Shown here one piece after another: positions 53,069 to 64,000 of a DNA stretch of 64,000 bases. A program made the translations under genes and the position numbers. The notes under the pieces are model-generated. The model was not told the DNA's origin and ran no database searches. It was given only the letters and a program-made list of their open reading frames with translations. Every line of letters starts with the position of its first letter. Position 1 is the stretch's first letter. Source of the DNA: Octopus sinensis (lineage: Eukaryota); NCBI RefSeq assembly GCF_006345805.1, contig NC_043005.1, positions 108,004,001-108,068,000 on the forward strand, given 5' to 3'.

Positions 53069-53254
53069 ATGAAATTTTGTGATTTTCACTACTAGAATAG
53101 CTGCGGTCTAATGACTGAAATAAAAGATAAAAGATATATCATCATCATCATCATAGCCACCACCACCAGCGCCACCACCACCACCGCCACCACCACCACC
53201 ACCACCACCACCACCAACATCATCATCATCATCATCGTTGTCGTTGTCGTTGTC

Positions 53255-53430
53255 ATATGATGTCTGTTGTCCATGCTGGCATGGGTTGGATGGTGTGACT
53301 AGAGCTGGAGGGTGGAGGGTGTTGGTCGCTGCACCAGACTCCAGTCTCATTTGACATTGTTTCTACAGCAGGATGCCCTTCCAAATGCCAACCACCTTAC
53401 ACAGCGTGATGGATGCTTTTACGTGGCATC
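53255..53430 (-). mobile_element. old family D 3' fragment
   Basis: CCATGCTGGCATGGGTTGGATGG..GGATGCCCTTCCAAATGCCAACCAC. Confidence 0.65.
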
Positions 53431-53635
53431 CTATAAATATATATACCATAGTTACCATCCTTATCCATACTTTTACATCTGCATGGGTTGGTGGGATTCA
53501 GCCTCACAAGCCCAGTATTCATAAATTTTTTTCCTATACACTCCTTAGTGCTCATCTATCTCCATTTCTTACAATTAAATGTCTTGGTACTTCACCCACC
53601 AACCTTTTGCACCATGTATCATTGCTAGTGCATAA

Positions 53636-53930
53636 TCATCATCATTGTTCGACCGTGGTCGAAACAATGGAATTTACTATGTTACACCAGATTTCACGGT
53701 CCAATATAGCATTACGGAGGTCCTGTTGCTGGATGCCTGTATCCCTGGAGATTACATCAGGGTAGGAGAATGTGCGCCCTCTGGTATTGCGAGCAGATGG
53801 CTTCCAGAGGAGAAGAGTGAAATTACCTCGTTTTCAGCTCTACAACAATGTCCTTTCACAAGAGATGATACAGGTGGTAATTTCCCATATATTTGTACTT
53901 TGGTTGGATGACGCTTCCACGAGAAATTTT
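53636..53930 (-). mobile_element. RTE-like LINE 3' end (second family) with (GAT)n tail
   Basis: Minus: LWKPSARNTRGRTFSYPDVISRDTGIQQQDLRNAILDREIWCNIV, then TGATGATGA. Confidence 0.65.
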
Positions 53931-53939
53931 GCTAGTGCA

Positions 53940-54195
53940 GTTTCTCCTCCTGTACACCACATTTCTCTTATATCAGTTTTACTCTCAGCTGGTTTGTACT
54001 CCATCGTCTATACACACTACAATTACATGTAGAGCAGAGCAAACACATCTCATTTCTTTCCACCGATCCTAATCTTCCACATTGAATCTCATATCTTACT
54101 ACCATGCTATGTAGTTCTCTGTACACAGACCTCATACAATCTGCCCTTCATTCAGACACAGAATGGTCTTATTGCCAACAGAAGCATTAGATCCC
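53940..54195 (-). pseudogene. decayed RTE fragment
   Basis: KGRLYEVCVQR..HG-like post-RT motif. Confidence 0.45.
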
Positions 54196-54321
54196 TTTCT
54201 ATATACTATATGTTTGAGTGCATAACCAGCTGTGTGTGTCTGTGTGTGTATGCATTCACATTTGTGTGTGTCTATATATGGGTGTGTGTGTGTGTGTGTT
54301 TTATAGACATATATACATGCG

Positions 54322-54560
54322 AAGGCGGCGAGCTGGCAGAAACGTTAGCACACCGGGCAAAATGCGTAGCCGTATTTTGTCTGCCGTTACGTTCTGAGTT
54401 CAAATTCAGCCGAGGTTGACTTTGACTTTGCCTTTCATCCTTTCGGAGTCGACAAATTAAGTACTAGTTACGCACTGGGGTCGATTTAATCGACTTAATC
54501 CATTTGTCTGTCCTTGATTGTCCCTTCTGTGTTTAGCACCCTGTGGGTAGTTATGAAATA
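54322..54560 (+). mobile_element. SINE family C, monomer
   Basis: AAGGCGGCGAGCTGGCAGAAACGTTAGC head plus Nin/Deu-like core. Confidence 0.85.
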
Positions 54561-54859
54561 TATATACATGCATTCATGCACTGATATGCATTTTGTGTTT
54601 AGTGCATGTATGAATTTACTTAACTCTTTCTCAGGGCTCTTTTCTGCTCTATTCATGGAAACGGTTTAACAAAAAGAAAAGGAGGAAGAAAATACCCCAG
54701 GAGAATATATACCTTATTTCCATCTTGGAATAACTTGCAGGTTTTTATTATTTCTTATAGAAAAGCTTAATTTATTGCCTTATACAATTAGTTGTCATGG
54801 AAATGACTCCTGTTAACCACTATAAATAAAATAAACAAAATACAGACATATAGTGATAG

Positions 54860-55235
54860 ACAGATAAGTAGGTAGGTAGATAGGTTCATTGATAGATTGA
54901 TAGATATACTGACTGAGAGATTGAAAGACAGACAGACAGACAGGCAGAGAGATAGATAGATACATACATACATACATACGTACATACATACATACATACA
55001 TACATACATACATACATACATACATACATACATACATACATACAGCCAAACAGACAGATAATTTGGTAGATAGCTTGATAGACATACAGATAGATAGACA
55101 GACAGGCACACAGATAGATAGATAGATATACTGACTGATAGAGAGATTGACAGACAGACAGATAGATAGATAAATATACATACATACATATATACATATA
55201 TACAGACAGACAGACAGACATATAGACAGACAGAC

Positions 55236-55266
<31 letters not shown>

Positions 55267-55300
55267 TAGATAGATAGATAGATAGATTGATAGATAGATT

Positions 55301-55359
<59 letters not shown>

Positions 55360-55382
55360 GGATATAGACAGATAGATAGACA

Positions 55383-55416
<34 letters not shown>

Positions 55417-55443
55417 TGATAGATAGATAGATAGACAATAGAC

Positions 55444-55510
<67 letters not shown>

Positions 55511-55604
55511 CAGACAGATACATAGACAAATAGATAGATAGACAAAAGACAAATAGATAGATAGACAGATAGATAGATAGAGATAGATAGATAAATAGAC
55601 AGGC

Positions 55605-55687
<83 letters not shown>

Positions 55688-55720
55688 TAGGTGATTAGAT
55701 GGCTGAGTGGATAGATTGAT
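54860..55720. repeat. long compound (GATA)n/(GACA)n/(CATA)n microsatellite
   Basis: directly visible. Confidence 0.95.
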
Positions 55721-57239
55721 AGGCACATAGATATATAAACAGTTAAATTCATATAAAGGCAGATAGACAGAAAGGGGGCAGGGAAGGAGAAATGTCTAGC
55801 ACAGCTGTACATCATTGAAAAATCTGGGGAGACATGCTGTGAGATGTCAACAGAATCATCAAGCTTGGCTTTTTTTTAATGTATTGCTTGGCACAGCACC
55901 AGAATTGTGAGTTATTTTAGCACATCTCCCAATGTTTGTATTAAATCTATATATTGGTTAACTGTCTTTCCTAGTTGGATACGCTGTCATTATTGCTGTT
56001 TTGAGATGTTCCTACTGCTGTTAGATTACGATAACGATGATATTGATGAATATGCTGTTATTAGTGTTGTTTCACCACAAGTCAATCCTGAATGAGCAGG
56101 TTTGTGATCAAAGACAATCCAGCTGTGACCATCTTGCTGTTTTCTACGTGCAAACAACCCAAGACCATATCACCCAACATATCCTTTTCGCTAAAATAGT
56201 ATTTTAGAAGTTGTAGGAGATTTGGCTGCTGTTTCTAGCAGTTCAAACAACCATGCAAAGGCTACCCAGTCATTTTTAATGATATTGTGGGTATTGTTGT
56301 TTTGTTGTTTCTAAATTTTTTTACATTAATATTTGTCATGTTGGTATTGTTGTTCATCCCTAGATTAGCCCTTTGATCAATGTTTCACAGGCTATGCATG
56401 AAAGTAGATCAATATATATTCCAGACAGTCACTTCTTTATCACCATATTGATTCAAACAACTTAACCTGCGCCTTACATCTAACGTCATTAAACTGAACC
56501 ATCTTTCAATCCTTTTAATTATTTATTTTAAATATTTGACGAAATCTCTAAGTAGAATAATTTTCTCATTCATTAACTTAAATTTTCCATGTAGCTTCAC
56601 TTAATCAACGATGTTGTTTCTGATTTGCTTAATAATTATTAACCTAAGATCATTATTTTGATTTAATTGTCTAACTAATTAATAGACATTAACTTAAAAA
56701 TCTTAAGAACATTATCACTCATTTAAATGATTAATGATTATTTAGTGAAGAACATTATAAAATCATTTCTTCAATAACTTAGAAATCTAAAGAATTCTTC
56801 CAATTTAATAGTCAAATAATTATCAATTTAAGAAAATTTCTGTATACCTATAAATACTTCTTTATATTCACTCTAAAATCAAAATCTCTAAATATACAGT
56901 TCTAATCTCATTTATGAAATTAGGAGTTTTTCTTATCACTTCCAGTGTCTGAGACAGATCCAGAGCTTATTCAAAATACTATATCTGTCTGTCACAAAGA
57001 GTGTTTCCTCTTTCTGTCCACATAGTTGTTAACTTTCATCTATCATTCAAACATTTCCCAATTCAATTCCTTTCCCTCTCCGTACGTAGGATTGGTCAGC
57101 TGGAAGATCCCATATATGACTCACTATTACACTCTCCAAATAAAAACCACGCCCTATAAATTAGCAACCCTGAAATTTTTCTGAATCCAATCAGTCTCTG
57201 ACAAATCCTGTAGACAAGGAAAGAAGACCAGATTATAAA

Positions 57240-57655
57240 CATCATCATCATCATCATCATCGTTTAACGTCCGTTTTCCATGCTAGCACAGGTTGGACGG
57301 TTCGACCGGGGTCTGGGAAGCCAGGAGGTTGCACCAGGCTCCAGTTTGATCTGGCAGTATTTCTACAGCTGGATGCCTTTCTTAACACCAACCACTCCAT
57401 GAGTGTAGTGGGTGCTTTTTATGTGCCATCAGCACAGGTACCAGGAGAGGCTGGCAGCGGCCATGATCATTTGGTGCTTTTTACGTGCCACTGGCACAGA
57501 AGCCAGTCGAGGCAGAGCTGGCATCGGCCATGTTCGGCTGGTGCTTTTTACATGCCACTGGCACAGAAGCCAGTCAAGGTGATGCTGGCATCGGCCACGT
57601 TCAGATGGTGCTTTTTACGTGTTACCAGCACAGGTATCACAGCTACAATTTCCAT
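57240..57655 (-). mobile_element. family D 3' UTR fragment with ~60-bp internal tandem units
   Basis: (CAT)n tail, Meta-like motif, repeated GGTGCTTTTTACGTGCCACTGGCACAGAAGCCAGTC. Confidence 0.8.
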
Positions 57656-58322
57656 TTAACGGCTCAAACTATTACATCTGAAACAAAACTATAACACTGT
57701 CTTGTCAACTGACAAGCATTTACAACAAAGAGCTATTGCAATTCCCTACGAAATAATACTTGAAATAAAATAAGGTAGAAAAATATTAGATGGTAACACT
57801 GCAATTGTATATAGAATTCCATGAAAATTGGAGGAATAAATATGGAAATTTTACCAGTAGCAAAATATAAAGCAAAAATCAAGGCATAGATACATCACAT
57901 ACAAATAAATCATAAAACACAGCAAAACTTACCATTGTATGATATTCAAATCCACAATTGATAACTTTAGTCAGTGATAACATTATTCTTATGATCCTAC
58001 TTAAAGTGCATAAGCAACACGTTGTTATTACTGTTTTCTTATTCTGTGGACTAAAGGATTTAAGGATGCTATCATTTCAAAACTAAACGTACCCAAGACA
58101 ACACGTAAACATAGTATTCATACATATGCGTGTGTATGTATGCATGCATGTATGTATGTGTGTGTATATACATACAAACACACACACACACACACATATA
58201 TATATATGTTTATGTATGTAGTATGTATAGATCTAAATGCACATATACATACATACACAAACATTCATATTCATACATAGATATACATACATACATACAT
58301 ACATACATACTACATACATACA

Positions 58323-58358
<36 letters not shown>

Positions 58359-58419
58359 TATATATTATATATATATATATACTATATATATATATATATT
58401 ATATATATATATATATATA

Positions 58420-58675
58420 TACCATTCTGCCTAAAAATGGATTTACAACTTCAATATCCACACATAACTCACATCTATTTGCTTTCCTCCACCTCACTCT
58501 CTATTTTGTATCCTATCTAATTAACTATTACTTAACCATCCTCTCACACTGGCTCTGATGAAGGGATATAATATATAAATATCCTGGAAACAGCTGTAAG
58601 ACCTTCTATCTATAAATGTTCTAATATCTACACAGCCTTGGTTTCTTTTTTATCTCATTACACAAAAAATTCTTA
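58420..58675 (+). mobile_element. Penelope-terminus/retrozyme-like element between (TA)n tracts
   Basis: homologous to 19020-19200; carries a hammerhead. Confidence 0.65.
58551..58603 (+). ncRNA. minimal type I hammerhead ribozyme
   Basis: GGCT-CTGATGA-AGGGATAT(..)ATATCCTG-GAA-AC(AGCT)GT-A-AGACC. Confidence 0.75.
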
Positions 58676-58682
58676 TATATAT

Positions 58683-58739
<57 letters not shown>

Positions 58740-58849
58740 ATATATATGCATGCATAGAATTATGTACACATATATATAAACTCACACACACACGAAGAAG
58801 AGAGAGAATGTTTGTTTATCAGGATGAAAGACTTTCACCTTAAGACAAA

Positions 58850-59600
58850 ATTGCTTAAAATAAGTAGAAGACATATATTTCTTTGCTCTGGATATTTTCA
58901 TTGTTTTCTTTGTGGAAAAGTGAGTAAACAGAATCTTGGTGAATCGCATAGGCTCTTCCTCTGTGTGTTTCATCCTTAACAACTGTCTCCAGCACCTCAA
59001 TATATATCCATCAGCATTAATTCTAAGATCCTGTAGTTAGATGCTGATTGGTATGGCATGACCTTCATTACATACTACAACTAAAACCATCACAGTTGCT
59101 GGAAACTTAATGTACATCACCCTGAGATCATCAGAAGGAATGAAATATTACCATCTGTTATCCCACCCTGTTTGACATTTGGTCTTGTTTGGAGTTTTTC
59201 TCATGAAAGGAGAATAAAATTATGCCATGTTTATGTGGATTTTAAACCTTGTTAAGTGCATAAAACTTGTTGAATGACCTCAAGTATCACAGTTCTCATA
59301 GGCCTCTCTCTAACATCTAAAGTTCTTTGGCAATGTTCCTCGTTAGTTTTCCAGGATCATCATTGGTAAGGTTTAGAAACCATTGGAAGAATTTTGGTGT
59401 TATATAGTCTCTGAACGTTTAGAATATATTTTTCCTTGTTGATACATCTGCAGCATTTCCATCGGAGGCCTCCAATTTTATCAGTACTTTGTGTGCAAAA
59501 GATCTTGTAACATTTAAAATGTTAGCAATTTCTAAATCCACAATTATGAGAATAATAACTGCATATCTCTTCATTTCTTGTACTAGAATTGTTCTGCCAT
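58850..59600 (-). pseudogene. highly decayed LINE (RTE-like) fragment
   Basis: LRCWRQLLRMKHTE resembles the post-RT motif EMRCWRRLLRISW. Confidence 0.4.
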
Positions 59601-59782
59601 GGTGGATATGAAAGAAATAAAATTATTCAGTTGGTTTGAAGAGAGTAATATACTGATAATTGAGTATCTTCCTTACACCGTGTGCATGTGTGTGTGTGTG
59701 TATATATATCATCATCATCATCATCATTCAATATATATATATATACATATACATAGACATATACATATACATATATATATAT

Positions 59783-59863
<81 letters not shown>

Positions 59864-59864
<1 letters not shown>

Positions 59865-60178
59865 GTGAAGGCACATGGTTCAGTGGTTATTGTATCGGTC
59901 TCACAATCATGAGGTTGTGACTTCAATTCCTACACAGGAGCTGTGTGTTGGGTTCTTCAGCAAGGCACTTCATTTCATGCTGGTCTGGTTCACTCAACTG
60001 TAGAAATGAGTTGTGACATCACTGGTGCCATGCTGTATTGGCCTTTGTCTTTCCTTTGGATAACATCACTAGCATGGAGAGGCTGGTCTTCCATAAGCAA
60101 CCTTGCCCAGATGTGTGCCTCAGAAGGTAACTTTCTAGGAGCAATATCATGGTCATTCATGACCAGAGGGTGTCTTTA
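59864..60178 (+). mobile_element. SINE family E-related
   Basis: GTGAAGGCACATGGTTCAGTGGTT head; AGCAAGGCACTTCATTTCA core. Confidence 0.6.
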
Positions 60179-60237
60179 TATACACACGCACACACACACA
60201 CACACACGTACAGATATGTATGTATGTATGTATAAGA

Positions 60238-60393
60238 GAGTTCTTCCAGTTTCCATCCATGACATCCACTTTTAAGGCTTTGGTCAGCCTGGGTTCATAA
60301 TAGAAGATACTTTCCAATGATGCCATGCAGTGGAATTGAACCAGAAACTACATGGCTTGGAAGCAAAATTCTTAACCACAGTCATGCCTGTGC
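60238..60393 (-). mobile_element. old SINE family B, 5' half
   Basis: degenerate reverse complement of the family B head. Confidence 0.65.
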
Positions 60394-60527
60394 AGTATAT
60401 ATATATATATATATATATATTGATAGATAGATAAATATTCACACACAAGCACATCCACAGAGAGACATATATATATGAGTGTGTATATATATATATAACA
60501 TATATATATATATATATATACATACAT

Positions 60528-60638
<111 letters not shown>

Positions 60639-60640
60639 AC

Positions 60641-60673
<33 letters not shown>

Positions 60674-62509
60674 CATATGTATATATATATATATAATAGG
60701 TAGATAGATTGATTGATTATTTTCATCTTTGATAGCAGGAGCAAGCAATAAAGATAAATGGAGATTATTTAAGGTCTTCACAGCGAAATTAAAGAAAGTT
60801 CTACTCTGCCCTCGTCTGAAAGACGAACTCACCAACAAAAGAATAGTTTCTACAATCAATACTTCAGCTCTGCAAGTCAAAAAGTCAACATGGAATTCAA
60901 TTTCCTAACTAATAACTCTGAATTATATACAAACCTCTCTATATCTTTTCTAATGCTTTTTTGTTATATGTGTGTGTACGTACATGTGTATGTGTGTGCT
61001 TATTTGTATTGTTGCTGATGGTTGTTGTTGTTGTTGTTGTTATGGTGGTGGTGTTGTTGATAACAGTACTGGTGATGGTTTTGATGATGATGATGATGTT
61101 GATGGTGGTAGTTATTTGTTTGGTGAGTTGATGGTAATGATGATGAACGTGCTGTTGTTTCGGATGTTGGCGGTGCAGATGGTTCTGTTTGCTATTAGTA
61201 ATGCGATGCTCTTTAGTTGTAGTAATGCTGATGGTTTTAGTGGTGGCATTGACATTTTCCAGAGTGGTGGTCATGGAAGATTTGGTAACTGGGGTAGGTT
61301 TAATGGTGTCGTTCCTTTCAACTCTAGTAAAGTGTTGTTCACATTGGTTTATATTTCATCTGATGATGGTCATTTTCTGGTAAAGCTGAGGATTGTTTAA
61401 GTAGTGATGGCCATGGGTATAGTGTCCGTAGAATATTGCCTTTTTGTTGTTTTTACTTTATTCTCTTCCCCTTACTTCTTCTTCTTTTCCTCATGTTCAT
61501 GATCATGATGATGGCCACCGTTAACTCATTATATACTCTGCTTCCCCTTAGTGACATCATCACCATCAACGTGATGATCGCTACCACCACCACCACAATC
61601 ACCGTCGTCATCATCATCATCATCATCATCGTCATCATGAATATCATCCCATTACTACCAACATCCTTACAATCACCATCTTGGACATCGTTGCCATCTT
61701 GGTCAAAGTTGTTGTTGTTGTCATTGTCACTCTCATCATGGTAATCATCATCGTTACCATCACTACCATCCGCATTGACACTGTCATCGTCATCATCATC
61801 ATCATCATCATCACCAATACTAATATCGTCTGAAGTCGTTTCCCTTCATTCTTTGCTTGTTATATTTTCAACCCCCCCACCTCCTTCCCACTCAACCCCC
61901 GTTTTTCTTTTTGCTATCCAATTCCTTTTACTGCCCTTTATTACTTTCTTTCATTCTTTCTTCTTTTGACCTTATGACCTCACCCCCTTTTCTTTTTGTT
62001 CCTTCCTTCTTTCTTTTTTTCTTTCCTTCCGTCTTTCCTTTCCCCACTTTTCTTATCATTTTTCCATTTCTTTTCTTTCCTTTCATTCACCTTATTCATT
62101 GCTTGCTGCTTTTTCTAAATGGTCTGTACCACCCGACCACCCACCACTACTAACACCACCACCCACTTTCTATCTCCTTCATTTTCCCCACATAAGAATT
62201 GTTTGTGCTAATTTTAAGAATTAATAATGCCCAACCATTTTTCTATAGACTGGACATTGTTCAATAACTTGGTCAAATTTCTTTAGCTAGAAATTCTTTG
62301 ATTTTTGTCAATAGGCAAGAGGAGTCTATAGAATTGGCACTGGTCATTTTGCTGCAAGAAGGAAATGAATTTTAAAAAGACAGAACACTCTCCCTTTCCC
62401 TTACCCCATTGCCCACCAAAAAATAATAAAATGAAAAATGAATAAAAAATAAATAAAATGATATGAAAAAATTAATAAACACAAATCTGAAAAAGAAAAT
62501 AAGACCTCT

Positions 62510-62562
<53 letters not shown>

Positions 62563-62855
62563 TAATAATGATAATGATAATAATGATAATGATAATAATA
62601 ATAATGAAAATAATAATAATAATAATAATGATAATCTAATAATAATACTATTAATATAATAAAAATAATAATATAATAATAATAATAATGATTAATAATG
62701 ATAATGATAATAATGATAATGATAATAATAATAATGAAAATAATAATAATAATAATAATGATAATAATAATAATAATACTATTAATAATAATAATAAAAA
62801 TAATAATAATGATAATGATAATAATAATAATGATAATAATAATAATAATAAGGAA

Positions 62856-62900
<45 letters not shown>
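62510..62900. repeat. (AAT)n microsatellite
   Basis: directly visible. Confidence 0.95.
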
Positions 62901-63367
62901 TGATGTCAACAGCAGCCACAACGACAACAATAATGTTAAGCATAATGTAAATGGCTAATAAGGGAATTGGAGTAAATAAGTAAATATACAAATATATAAG
63001 AAGGGAACATGGAAAGACTGAAAGAAAGATAGAAAGAAAGAAAGAAAGGAGGAAAGGGAGGAAAGAAAGAAAAGGTCCCAAAATAATTTGTAAGACATTT
63101 CTTTTTGCTCTCAAGAACCCTCCCCAATCTCTCCGTGTCAATTCTGATAACAAGTAAATGACAAAATAGTTAATTACATTTAATACTTAATTTGTATGAA
63201 CTGTATTGATTGGTTTATTGATTGACCCCTTCGTGCACCTCTCCCCCTCCCCCTGCACTTTACCCATGCTCATTATGCTGACGGGAATGAACCCTCAGTG
63301 CACTATTTTAAAGGAATTTCCCATTTTATTTTTTGAGCTTGTTTACTTCTTGTGTGTGTGTGTGGTG

Positions 63368-63399
<32 letters not shown>

Positions 63400-63527
63400 C
63401 CTTGAATAATGAAACATCTGTATGTTTCCCTCTCGTGACCAGTAAGTAAACCCTAACTGGAGATGAGACTTCGCAAAAAAGACTAAGGAATCTGAAGTCT
63501 ATCAATAATTATATATTTTATTTGCGA

Positions 63528-63559
<32 letters not shown>

Positions 63560-63560
<1 letters not shown>

Positions 63561-64000
63561 GGTGCAGGAGTGGCTGTGTGGTAAGTAGCTTGCTTACCAA
63601 CCACATGATTCCAGGTTCAGTCCCACTGAGTTCAAATTTCACCGAGGTCAACTTTGCCTTTCATCCTTTCGGGGTTGATTAAATAAGTACCAGTTATGCA
63701 CTGGAGTCGATATAATCGACTTAATCCGTTTGTCTGTCCTGGTTTGTCCTCTCTGTGTGTAGCCCCTTGTGGGCAGTAAAGAAAAAGGAAATGTTAGCAC
63801 ACTGGTCGAAATGCTTAGCAGTATTTCATCTGTCTTTATGTTCTGAGTTCAAATTTCTCTGAGGTCGACTTTGCCTTTCATCCTTTCAGGGTCAATTAAA
63901 TAAGTGTCTTCTACTATAGCCTCGGGCTGACCAAAGCCTTGTGAGTGGATTTGGTAGACAGAAACTGAAAGAAACCCATTGTATATATATATATGTGTGT
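63560..64000 (+). mobile_element. chimeric SINE B with a headless family C segment at 63626-63905
   Basis: B head to CCCACTGAGT, two C cores, then B resumes at AAGTGTCTTCTACTATAGCC. Confidence 0.85.

Noticed and set aside
54788-55815. 238-312 aa minus-strand ORFs (SIYL repeats)
   Set aside because: Translations of (TATC)n/(TGTC)n microsatellite
56400-57150. Possible second PLE RT relic
   Set aside because: Too decayed to read reliable motifs by eye
57410-57640. Repeat-spacer-like pattern resembling a CRISPR array
   Set aside because: Degenerate tandem units of a LINE 3' UTR in a eukaryotic context; spacers are related to each other; no cas genes
60735-60907. Short open frame after an AG (..[28 protein letters not shown]..)
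   Set aside because: Better explained as a decayed R4-like scrap or chance; no gene context
60939-61400. Overlapping 111-142 aa ORFs
   Set aside because: Low-complexity trinucleotide sequence with no domain

Overview
AT-rich, microsatellite-saturated eukaryotic DNA. The repeat families and texture suggest a coleoid cephalopod, probably Octopus (inference). I find no host protein-coding exon I can support, and almost all ORF-track entries are translated microsatellites or SINE read-throughs. The window is a nest of mobile elements. There are at least four tRNA-headed or Nin/Deu-like SINE families, plus decayed RTE, CR1-like, R4/Dong-like (RLE) and Penelope-like retroelements and a decayed Ty3/Gypsy pol. 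DNA elements include mariner and DD41D-like transposase relics, hAT, Tc1, pogo and piggyBac-like MITEs, and a non-autonomous Helitron. There is also one tRNA-Asp-derived pseudogene and two kb-scale tandem duplications. The most notable signal is eight minimal type I hammerhead ribozyme motifs from about six distinct non-coding element families. Most have palindromic stem-III loops and sit in retrozyme or Penelope-terminus-like units, several next to (TA)n tracts or inside foldback structures. All calls were made by eye; coordinates of decayed elements are approximate.
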